Source: a virus
Reading direction: 5' to 3' (one strand)
DNA: 41,332 nt
Virus record (IMG/VR): IMGVR_UViG_3300027907_000008
Of this stretch, positions 33,301-39,478 are shown piece after piece. Below the pieces are notes generated by a model that saw only the letters and a list, made by a program, of their open reading frames with translations, was not told where the DNA came from and did no database searches. Each line of letters starts with the position of its first letter. Position 1 is the stretch's first letter. Both the position numbers and the translations under genes were made by a program.

Positions 33301-33960
33301 ACGACGGGCGGGGCGCGTGTCACGCTGACCAACATCGCGATCGGCGGCGGCGCGACGACCGCGCGCAAGGTGTATCGCACGGTCGCGGGCGGTGGCGAAT
33401 TCCGCTTCCTCGTCACGCTCAACGACAACACGACGACGACCTATGACGACAACAAAGCCGACGCCGCGCTGGGCGAAGTCGCCCCCGGCGATCTGCTCGT
33501 CGAGCTCACAGGCGTGCCGGCGAGTGGCGCGGGGTCCGTGCTGTATCCGCTCAAGACGGGCGATGAGCTCAACCTCTACGTCCAGTGCGACGACGTCACG
33601 GCGCAGAATGAGCTCAAGGCGCTTGAGGGCGCATCGAGCGACGGCGTCGTCGAGCACGTCATCCAAGATCGACGGGTGGGGCTCGCACAAGCGACGGCAC
33701 GCGGCAACGCCGAGCTCGCCCTGTTCGCGCGTCCGCTGCGCACGGTGACGTATGCGACGCGTGACCCGAAGACGCGCACCGGGAAGACGGTACGGATCGC
33801 GCTGCCCTCGGTCGGCATTGACGGGGAATTCGTGATTCAGAGTGTCGAGCTCGACGAGCTCGACGAAGCCCCCGGACTGCAGCCGCGCTATCGCGTCAGC
33901 GCGAGCTCGGTCAAATTCACCATCGAAGACGTGCTGCGTCGCCTGCAGCTGGAGTCGTGA
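30310..33960 (+). CDS. Large tail/host-specificity protein (1216 aa): two FN3-like domains and a siphovirus-tail-like domain split by ~600 aa of tandem repeat modules
   Basis: The FN3-like pattern Y.V.FGTS...YYWRV/YHWRV...W.FTT occurs twice. GET modules (GPYLYKVTTIAGSE, SYDWRATFATNAGET, IYTYVMTYATALGET, RYWWGVSFATANGET) are present. There are five R(K/R)(L/V)YR...LNDNTTTTY(T/D)D...LG..P..NT modules. The start could be a downstream GTG (30379 or 30385). Confidence 0.85.
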   Translation: MARQTQARLKVLRLKSGRLGAGVVRVQARLKVLRLGAGRLNAVLPNAPSAPIPAHGYVGGPYELRWSSTTAQTYEVYFGTSPTPALVGSVTTPRIALPPLTDGTVYYWRVVAHSSFGARTSPTWSLTARAPTAPVLVSPADHSVNQSRTPTLTWQAVTNVTDAYYEVRLGTSTSQPALVATLAHPTASYTVGTPLAIGVAYHWRVDARNNAGRHGSVTWTFTTTNTTALVISIGGATLVRVRRAGIAIHDVMNAANTASFTVEGSAPTVGQDVRVGIGSLNASDLIFGGTITSVESVYEGVTRNRAWRVSCEDYTNALNRRKVRRRYAQQSATAIALDLMARDAPPGFATTGIVAGLPTIEGGIDFTDEDFVQCFARLAERIGGYWYVDYARAVHLYTEELSNAPEPILPDTRLLLNDPPIAQTTDVSQIRTRVYVEGGGSQAREQINVGATSIPVTDGTWYSGAGGLVVSGPQRIRYTGKGVTGGPGAPTAAATLVAGNLIGGPYLYKVTTIAGSESPLSGPSNAVTLLQVVEPSSAPSVSPGGFDAPTSAPDATRVVGGSMASGSYDWRATFATNAGETTVGPTSVVVSLGPETTGGLDPNAGSVAPAERPTDWGGPDVGSHAYYTTALNAAGETTPRFAANYFAPSLAVPVVSGINGPGAGSLIYTYVMTYATALGETTRSDSRSFIVSQPISTSAGMTLSGLPLGPNNVTRKLYRSKGATSGGHPDLFAWGLVATLAAGVTQITDTVPDASRGPAPPTTNTAGACAVNLVIVRHGGAGVTKRRVYRTPTTGGTAKLVLEVDGDPANLTVVDTLKDSSLGVAAPTENTTGTTTTYASASLTNIPIGPSGTTKRKLYRWLATAGEYRLTATINDNTTTTYTDSKADASLGAAPPTTNTIGGALGIGRYWWGVSFATANGETLTGPLVAFDVTTGAATLTGIPTSSDGRVTQRRVYRTAVNGGPLLLEATLNDNTTTTLTSAGADGALGASSPVANTTGGARVTLTNIAIGGGATTARKVYRTVAGGGEFRFLVTLNDNTTTTYDDNKADAALGEVAPGDLLVELTGVPASGAGSVLYPLKTGDELNLYVQCDDVTAQNELKALEGASSDGVVEHVIQDRRVGLAQATARGNAELALFARPLRTVTYATRDPKTRTGKTVRIALPSVGIDGEFVIQSVELDELDEAPGLQPRYRVSASSVKFTIEDVLRRLQLES

Positions 33961-33978
33961 CCCGTTCGGGCACACGAC
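33954..33978 (+). terminator. Hairpin overlapping the tail-fibre stop codon (gtcgtg-a-ccc gttc ggg-ca-cacgac)
   Basis: Inverted repeat read directly. There is no U-tract. It sits at the convergence point with the minus-strand operon. Confidence 0.35.
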
Positions 33979-34257
33979 GGACTGCGTAAGAATTACCCTA
34001 TCGCGACGCGAACCGCTACGCGCCCCGTACAGCGACGCGCGTCGACGACGTGCTGACGTAGGGGCCGAGCCGCGATCGTCGTTGCTGGGGCGACTGTGCG
34101 CGATTGCGGACGCGTCTGAGACGTGGTCGAATCAGCACGCGCGGCTGTGTGCGCGCGTCCGCCAGCCAGCGGTCGTCATGGGGCGCTGGCGGGCAGCAAG
34201 CGCGTGCCTCAGCCGCGTGCTCAGCGCGTGCGGTGCTGCTGGCTCGACGCGCAGACG

Positions 34258-34362
34258 TCAGCCCAGCAACAGCAACAGCCCCATGCACAGCACGAACAGC
34301 ACGACCGCCGCACCGAGCGCGAGCGCGACGAGCAGCAACGCACGCGGCGTCAGCGAATCCAT
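34258..34362 (-). CDS. Tiny hydrophobic peptide (34 aa), last gene of the minus-strand operon
   Basis: MDSLTPRALLLVALALGAAVVLFVLCMGLLLLLG has a single TM span. Its ATG overlaps the end of the preceding peptide gene. Confidence 0.4.
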   Translation of the reverse strand: MDSLTPRALLLVALALGAAVVLFVLCMGLLLLLG

Positions 34363-34442
34363 GTCAGCAGGTAGAGGGCGAGCGCGAGCAGCACGCACGC
34401 GACCAGCAGCAGATGACGCGGACGACGACGATGCGTGTTCAT
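34350..34442 (-). CDS. Tiny membrane peptide (30 aa), basic N-terminus plus one TM span
   Basis: The product is MNTHRRRPRHLLLVACVLLALALYLLTWIR. It is below the ORF-track cutoff and has no clear RBS. Confidence 0.35.
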   Translation of the reverse strand: MNTHRRRPRHLLLVACVLLALALYLLTWIR

Positions 34443-34451
34443 CGTGTGTGC

Positions 34452-34679
34452 TCAGCTGGTACCGAATCGAATCGTGAAGCTCTTGTCGCGCACGTCTTCG
34501 GGTTGCAGTCCCGGCGAGTACGCCTGCAGCGAGGTCCGCTCGCAGCAACGCGGACAGCGTGCGGCTTTCAACGCGGCGACGTAGACGGCGAGCGCACACG
34601 GCACGACGCAGCCGAGATGGAAGTCGAGCGCGCAGCGAGTGCAGCGCGCCCAGCACAAGGACGTGACGTCGCGTGTCAT
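34452..34679 (-). CDS. Hypothetical Cys-rich protein (75 aa, 8 Cys)
   Basis: The ATG (cat at 34677-34679) lies 2 nt after the upstream stop. The sequence is LCWARCTRCALDFHLGCVVPCA...ARCPRCCE. Confidence 0.5.
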   Translation of the reverse strand: MTRDVTSLCWARCTRCALDFHLGCVVPCALAVYVAALKAARCPRCCERTSLQAYSPGLQPEDVRDKSFTIRFGTS

Positions 34680-34681
34680 CG

Positions 34682-35218
34682 TCAGTGTCCGAACGGCGAC
34701 GGCGGCACGGGCACCCCGTCGCCGCGTCGATGCGTGCGGAAGCGTCGCTGTATCTCCGCGCGCATCTCCTGCATCATGAGTCGCATGCGTCCCGGCAGCA
34801 GCGCCTCGTCGTCGTGCTTGACGCTGTCGACGTGTCGACGCAGCGCCGCGTAGTTGTGCGCGTTGATATGCGCGCCGCACGTCGCGCACGCGTGCCACTC
34901 GCCCTGAGACATCATCGGCGCAGCGCGCAGCACGTCGAGGACCGTCGGCATCTCGAAGTCGACGCACGGGAACCGCCAGCAGACGGGACGCGCGCTGCAG
35001 AAGTCGCAGCACGCCATCCACGCGGCGCGCTCGCGCTCAAGGTCGAAGCCGTGCCAGAGCAGACGCCAGACGCCAGACGCGTCGCAGCGCAGCACACCGC
35101 GCGCGATGAGCGCGTCGCGAATCGACGGATGAAACGTCTGCACGCGATCGTCGAGGTCGATCGCCGTGCAGCCGTGTCCGTGTTCGTCACGTGCCATGTC
35201 GCGGGCGTGCTCTGTCAC
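34682..35218 (-). CDS. Hypothetical Cys-rich protein (178 aa, 9 Cys)
   Basis: Stop/start overlap with the upstream gene. WMACCDFCSARPVCWRFPC...WHACATCGAHINAH is present. No family recognised. Confidence 0.7.
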   Translation of the reverse strand: MTEHARDMARDEHGHGCTAIDLDDRVQTFHPSIRDALIARGVLRCDASGVWRLLWHGFDLERERAAWMACCDFCSARPVCWRFPCVDFEMPTVLDVLRAAPMMSQGEWHACATCGAHINAHNYAALRRHVDSVKHDDEALLPGRMRLMMQEMRAEIQRRFRTHRRGDGVPVPPSPFGH

Positions 35219-35760
35219 GCGCTCGCCCCCGTCCCGTTGACGCTGACGTCCGGTCGAAGCTTGCGCACGACCCAGCCGTCAGCGGTGCGTTTGAGCTCGC
35301 GCGTCTTGACCAACTGCGACAGCGTCAGGCCGAGCACGCGTCGTGCATTGCCGTTTGAGCCGAGCTTCGCGTTTCCCGGCCCGCCTTTGAAGTCGCGCTC
35401 GACGAAGCGCGTCTGCGGCAGCAGCTGCTCGAAGCTCACAACTGCGTCGCCCACTTCGCGGAACAGTCCGCGCACGACGTCGATCGGACGCGTGCCCGCC
35501 TTCGTGTCCTCGCGCACCTTGCGACTGTACCGTGCTGCTGCTGACGTCGACGTGCCGCGCTTCGACTTCGCGGGTCCGAGCCTGATGGACGCGTCAGCTG
35601 TCGCGCGCTCGCGCACGTGACCGACGACTTTGTTCGCGCGCTTCAGCATCTTGCCGACGTCGAGCAGCAGTCGAATCGCGTCGTCGCAGCGCTGCGCTTC
35701 GCGTCGATGATGCTCGCGAAGCTCGATGAGTTGCTGTACTTCGGGTGTCGTCTTCGTCAT
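35215..35760 (-). CDS. Hypothetical protein (181 aa), helical N-terminus, basic middle, possible winged-helix C-terminus
   Basis: A strong RBS aaaggaggcacgaccccATG lies on the minus strand. No family recognised. Confidence 0.7.
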   Translation of the reverse strand: MTKTTPEVQQLIELREHHRREAQRCDDAIRLLLDVGKMLKRANKVVGHVRERATADASIRLGPAKSKRGTSTSAAARYSRKVREDTKAGTRPIDVVRGLFREVGDAVVSFEQLLPQTRFVERDFKGGPGNAKLGSNGNARRVLGLTLSQLVKTRELKRTADGWVVRKLRPDVSVNGTGASA

Positions 35761-36011
35761 GGGGTCGTGCCTCCTTTGTTGTTGTGCGTGAGTCGCGCGC
35801 GACGTCGACAGTCGCGACGCTGCAGCGTGCGGATGATGCGTGCGTCTTCGAGCTCAAGGATCGTCGCGCAGCGATGCAGCTGGCTCGCGAGCTCGCGATA
35901 GACCGCTGCTGCGTCGACGCGCGACAAGTCCGCTTCGACGACTTCGCGACCAATGAGGGGCACGAGCTCAGACGCGAGTCGTGCGCAGACAGCAGCGATG
36001 GTGTCGTTCAT
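35757..36011 (-). CDS. Hypothetical protein (84 aa)
   Basis: ATGA-type overlaps at both ends; helical. Confidence 0.6.
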   Translation of the reverse strand: MNDTIAAVCARLASELVPLIGREVVEADLSRVDAAAVYRELASQLHRCATILELEDARIIRTLQRRDCRRRARLTHNNKGGTTP

Positions 36012-36217
36012 GAGTCGATACCGTCAATCCAGAACACGTGACCGACTTCGCAGCGGTACTGATAATCGACATATGCGCCATCGCTCGATTCCCATTCGCG
36101 ATACAGCACGGGCGCGTTGCATGGGCGATCATCGACGAGTCGAGGACAGCGACGCTCCGACTCATGCCACGCGCTGAAGTCGCCTTCGCTGTCGTCGTAC
36201 TTGCGTGAAGTCGTCAT
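36008..36217 (-). CDS. Hypothetical zinc-ribbon-like protein (69 aa)
   Basis: Start taken at ATG 36217 (overlaps the upstream stop). C-x8-C ... C-x3-H; W/Y/D-rich. Confidence 0.6.
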   Translation of the reverse strand: MTTSRKYDDSEGDFSAWHESERRCPRLVDDRPCNAPVLYREWESSDGAYVDYQYRCEVGHVFWIDGIDS

Positions 36218-36726
36218 GGTCGATTCAATGTCGCAGCGACGTCGCGCTCGTGCTGCTGCGTGCGCTCGCGTCGTCGACGCTGACGCTCGTCGCGCTGCGT
36301 GCGCGCTTCCGCTTTGCGCTCGCGCTGCTTCAGTGAGTGAAACGACACGAGCGCATCGCGCGTCGTGCCTGCTGTCGCCCACGCGTCAGCGTTGAGTCCT
36401 TTCGACTCGAAGAGTCGCCAGAGCACATACAGCGTCGTCTCACCGAGTCCCGCGATGCCCGCGAGTGAGTAGGGCGTCGCCTTGTCGTACAACTCGCGCA
36501 CCGTCGTCGCGCCGAGCGCGTCAGCAGCAGCGGTGAGCAGACGCGCCGCGCGTGTATGCACGACGCCGAGCTCCGTCGCGAGTCGATGCGTCGACCACGT
36601 CTCGCGACCGATGCGCAGCGGCGCGTGCTGCTCGTCGCTCGCGCTCAGTCGCTTGACAAAGTCACTGCCGATGAGACGCGTAATGGTCGGGGTAAACGCG
36701 AAGCTCGAACGTCGCTGTCTCGACAT
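36214..36726 (-). CDS. Hypothetical protein (170 aa), first gene of the minus-strand operon; basic Arg/Glu/Gln-rich C-terminal tail
   Basis: Start taken at ATG 36726 (MSRQRRSSFAF..), because the longer ORF extension runs across the attP-type repeats. The helix-hairpin-helix-like segment LAGIAGLGETTLYVLWRLF is present. Confidence 0.6.
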   Translation of the reverse strand: MSRQRRSSFAFTPTITRLIGSDFVKRLSASDEQHAPLRIGRETWSTHRLATELGVVHTRAARLLTAAADALGATTVRELYDKATPYSLAGIAGLGETTLYVLWRLFESKGLNADAWATAGTTRDALVSFHSLKQRERKAEARTQRDERQRRRRERTQQHERDVAATLNRP

Positions 36727-36736
36727 AGTCGCGCAC

Positions 36737-36745
36737 GTTATCACA
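36737..36745 (-). promoter_or_regulatory. Extended -10 element TGtGATAAC, 10 nt upstream of the operon start codon
   Basis: The reverse complement of gttatcaca; the leader would be only a few nt. Confidence 0.35.
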
Positions 36746-36841
36746 GCTGGCGCGTGAGTCATGCACTCCCGCTGCAGTCTAGTGAGTCGACGCTGCGCTC
36801 GTGTGAGCGCTGCACCGCGAAGCGCGACAACGCAGCTGCTC

Positions 36842-36865
36842 GAAACACTAGCCGAAACACTAGCC
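36842..36865. repeat. Perfect tandem 12-bp repeat gaaacactagcc x2
   Basis: Read directly. Confidence 0.9.
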
Positions 36866-36913
36866 GACGAGGGGTCAAAACCGCTAAGTCGAGGTTGTGC
36901 GAGCATTTCGCGC

Positions 36914-36934
36914 GAATCGCAGAAAACGCTAATG
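36914..36934. repeat. Motif gaatcgcagaaaacgctaatg, copy 1
   Basis: Recurs at 37016-37035 as gaatcgcgaaaaccctaatg. Confidence 0.6.
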
Positions 36935-37015
36935 TTCTCAGCGGTGAGCCCCGGTGAATTGAGATGAGCTCAGACGAGCTCTGACGGCATGAAATAGACT
37001 TGACGAGTCTACGTC

Positions 37016-37035
37016 GAATCGCGAAAACCCTAATG
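37016..37035. repeat. Motif gaatcgcgaaaaccctaatg, copy 2
   Basis: See 36914-36934. Confidence 0.6.
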
Positions 37036-37053
37036 AATTCGCGATTTTACCCC

Positions 37054-37077
37054 GAACACTAGCCGAAAACACTAGCC
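37054..37077. repeat. Tandem repeat gaacactagcc / gaaaacactagcc (same motif as 36842-36865)
   Basis: Read directly. Confidence 0.85.
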
Positions 37078-37169
37078 GCGCGCTATCATTGTGTCGTCGC
37101 ATTCACCTTTTGCATGCGACACGCTTTCGTCCTCATGACGACGACGAACGACACGAAAGGCGCACGACG

Positions 37170-38318
37170 ATGGGTCACTTGATACAGCAGAAGAACAACT
37201 CGCAGAACCTGCTCATGGTCTGGACGGGAACGGACGGCAAGCGCATCACGCGCAGCAGCGGCACGAGCGATCGCAAGGAAGCGCAGCGACTGCTCGACAT
37301 CGAAGTCGGCAAGGTCGCACTGGGCGACGTCGTCACGCGTGAGACGACGGGACGTCGCGCGTGTACGTTCGACGACGCGGTGCGGCTGTATGACGACGAC
37401 CTGACGAAGCGCAAGTGCAGCGGGCGCGATGATCTGGTCGGCAAGATCGCGCTGCATCTGCGTCCCGTGTTCGGGACTCCCGGCACGCGCAAGCTCGCCG
37501 ACATCACGACGGCGAGGGTCGAGGCATACGACAAAGCGCGACGCGACGCGGGCGCGAAGCGCGAGACGATCAATTCAGAGCTTCGCGTGCTGCGTCGACT
37601 GTTCATGATTGCGATCGAGCGCAAGCGCTATCGCGGCGACGTGCCCATCATCACGATTCCCGATGCGAAGAACGCACGGACAGGGTTCTTCGAGCGCGCG
37701 CAGTACGACGCGCTGCAGCAGCAGCTGTCGCACTGGCTGCGCGGTCCCGTCACGCTCGCGTACTTCACGGGCTGGCGCTTCGCGTCTGAGGTCTGCTCAC
37801 TGCGCTGGAGTGAAGTCGACCTGACAGCGGGCGTGCTGCGACTCGACAACAGCAAGAACGGCGAGGGGCGCGTCTTCCCGTTCACGCCGATCGCGGAGCT
37901 CGACGACGCGCTGCACGCAGCGGACGTGCAGCGACAGCGTCTGCAGCGCGAGGGCGTCATCGTGTCGCACGTGTTCCATCGCAACGGCGAGCCGCTGGTG
38001 CTGCCGCCACGCGGGAGCTCGCGCACGGGTGAGACGACGAAGTGGGTGCGCAGCGATTGGGCTGAGTCGTGTAAGCGCGCGGGCGTCGTCGGTCGCATCC
38101 CGCACGACATGCGACGCACTGCGGTGCGCGACTTGATGCGCGCGGGCGTGCCGCTCAAGACGGCCATGAAGCTCACGGGTCACAAGTCGATGAGCGTCTT
38201 CCTGCGTTATCAGATTGTCGATGAGAACGACCTGACAGCAGCGGTCACGCAGTTGGCCGCGCGTCACGCGCTGACGCAGCAGCAGCTGCGACGCACGCGC
38301 ACGAAGCGCGCCGCATAA
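37170..38318 (+). CDS. int: Tyrosine recombinase / phage integrase (382 aa)
   Basis: An SAM-like N-domain is followed by the catalytic signature ..TGWRFASEVCSLRW.., HDMRRTAVRDL and GHKSMSVFLRYQI (R..HxxR..H..Y). RBS gaaagg lies 9 nt upstream of ATG 37170. Confidence 0.9.
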   Translation: MGHLIQQKNNSQNLLMVWTGTDGKRITRSSGTSDRKEAQRLLDIEVGKVALGDVVTRETTGRRACTFDDAVRLYDDDLTKRKCSGRDDLVGKIALHLRPVFGTPGTRKLADITTARVEAYDKARRDAGAKRETINSELRVLRRLFMIAIERKRYRGDVPIITIPDAKNARTGFFERAQYDALQQQLSHWLRGPVTLAYFTGWRFASEVCSLRWSEVDLTAGVLRLDNSKNGEGRVFPFTPIAELDDALHAADVQRQRLQREGVIVSHVFHRNGEPLVLPPRGSSRTGETTKWVRSDWAESCKRAGVVGRIPHDMRRTAVRDLMRAGVPLKTAMKLTGHKSMSVFLRYQIVDENDLTAAVTQLAARHALTQQQLRRTRTKRAA

Positions 38319-38332
38319 CTCCGTCGCTCACG

Positions 38333-38365
38333 CGCCCCCGGTTCGACACGACGTCGCCGGGGGCG
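38333..38365 (+). terminator. GC-rich hairpin after int (cgcccccgg ... ccgggggcg)
   Basis: A 9-bp stem read directly, 15 nt after the int stop, followed by tcgtgcgtacgg. The same tail follows the hairpin at 38916. Confidence 0.5.
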
Positions 38366-38484
38366 TCGTGCGTACGGCAGCAGATGCCGTGTCAAACCAC
38401 GCAGCCCAGACCATCACGCGCGCGGCGGCTCGACTCGATACTCACAGTGCGGGCATGTCCGCCCGCCCCTGAAAGGTTGACCCC

Positions 38485-38892
38485 ATGACGAAGACAGCGA
38501 AGCAGACGAAGACGAAGCAGACGAAGACGACGACGAAGCAGACGAAGCGCGCGACGAGCGCGAAGCCGCAGCAGCTGACGCTCGTGCAGCCCGTCGCAGC
38601 AGAGCCCGTCGCAGCAGCAGTGACCGCAGCGCCCGCAGTCGCGACGACGACGAGCGACGACGCAGCGGCGCGGAAGCAGCGCCGCAAGGAAGCACGCGCG
38701 GCGCGTCGTGCGCGCAAGCTCGCAGCGGGAGCAGCGACGACGACGACAGCGACGACGAGCGTCGAGTCGAAGCCGAAGACGACGACGACGGGCGCACGCG
38801 CGTCGCTCATCGCGCAGCTGGTCGATGTCATCGTCGACGAGGTGCGCGTCGAACTACGCGCGAAGCTGTCAGCAGCGCTCGCGACGCTGTAA
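38485..38892 (+). CDS. Low-complexity basic Lys/Thr/Ala-rich protein (135 aa)
   Basis: RBS gaaaggttgaccccATG. MTKTAKQTKTKQTKTTTKQTKR... is followed by a helical C-terminus ASLIAQLVDVIVDEVRVELRAKLSAALATL. A GATACT -10-like hexamer is at 38437-38442. Confidence 0.6.
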   Translation: MTKTAKQTKTKQTKTTTKQTKRATSAKPQQLTLVQPVAAEPVAAAVTAAPAVATTTSDDAAARKQRRKEARAARRARKLAAGAATTTTATTSVESKPKTTTTGARASLIAQLVDVIVDEVRVELRAKLSAALATL

Positions 38893-38915
38893 CGTCGAGC
38901 TCGTCTCAACCCCCA

Positions 38916-38948
38916 GCCCCCGAACGCGCAAGCGACGCGTTCGGGGGC
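38916..38948 (+). terminator. Strong hairpin (13-bp stem gcccccgaacgcg / cgcgttcgggggc, 7-nt loop) followed by tt
   Basis: Read directly, 24 nt after the stop at 38892. Confidence 0.6.
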
Positions 38949-39168
38949 TTCGTGCGTACGGGGGTCTGCGACGCGTCTGCTGACACGCTGAGCGACGAAC
39001 GACGTCGCGCCGCTACGTCAGCACGTCGCGCGCGTCGAGCGCTCAGAACCGCTTCAGAACAGTCGAGCTTGAGCGCGTCAGCTGAGCTCGAAACCCCCAA
39101 CAATCGCCGGGGCGGTACGGCTTTCGTGCAGGAGTGTGCAGGTTCGCCTAACTTAGCGGGACACTTAG

Positions 39169-39177
39169 TGCGATAAT
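39169..39177 (+). promoter_or_regulatory. Extended -10 promoter TGcGATAAT, 6 nt upstream of ATG 39184 (leaderless early transcript)
   Basis: gTGCGATAATaagtgtATG, with no RBS possible between them. It lies in a 290-bp non-coding region. Confidence 0.45.
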
Positions 39178-39183
39178 AAGTGT

Positions 39184-39450
39184 ATGAGAACGAACGACAC
39201 GGCGGCGGCGGTGACGATTGCGACGGGTTGCAAAGCGTGCGGAACACTCTGGAACGCGTCTGGTGCAGAGGGACAGTGCGGAACGTGCAAGCGCTGCCTC
39301 GGCTGCTGCGCAGTAGGCAAGCCCGGTACCTGCGAGCCGCGCAACGCAGCACGCGAAGCAACGATGGACGCAGCCGCGCTGCTGCGTCGTCGTCGCGCGC
39401 AGCGACGCTACACGCTGCACGGACAGCGCGACAACTTGAACAGCAAGTAA
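39184..39450 (+). CDS. Hypothetical Cys-rich protein (88 aa)
   Basis: GCKACGTLWNASGAEGQCGTCKRCLGCCAVGKPGTC. Confidence 0.65.
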   Translation: MRTNDTAAAVTIATGCKACGTLWNASGAEGQCGTCKRCLGCCAVGKPGTCEPRNAAREATMDAAALLRRRRAQRRYTLHGQRDNLNSK

Positions 39451-39478
39451 AACAGCAGCAGCGAAGACGAGAACGACG

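Larger units (their letters stand above)
36842..37077. mobile_element. Candidate attP region: arm-type direct repeats flanking an AT-richer ~190-bp core, directly upstream of int
   Basis: There are four same-orientation copies of AACACTAGCC (two tandem pairs). A second motif GAATCGC(A)GAAAAC(G/C)CTAATG occurs twice. The inverted repeat TAGACT-tgacg-AGTCTA is at 36995-37011. Confidence 0.5.

Noticed and set aside
34016-34288. Minus-strand 90-aa ORF downstream of the unknown operon.
   Set aside because: It is Arg/Ala-rich with no RBS or coupling. It lies in the convergent intergenic region that also contains a weak hairpin (34159-34192), so it is more likely non-coding.
36727-36906. Upstream extension of the minus-strand ORF 36214-36906.
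   Set aside because: The extension reads through the attP-type tandem repeats and has poor composition (SSASVSASVSSS). An extended -10 element and an ATG at 36726 give a more sensible start.
37012-37022. cgTCGAATCgc in the attP region resembles a tRNA T-loop (GTTCGAATC). Considered as a tRNA-derived core or a tRNA gene.
   Set aside because: There is no flanking acceptor or T-stem complementarity, and no cloverleaf could be built by eye. No tRNA gene is evident anywhere in the window.
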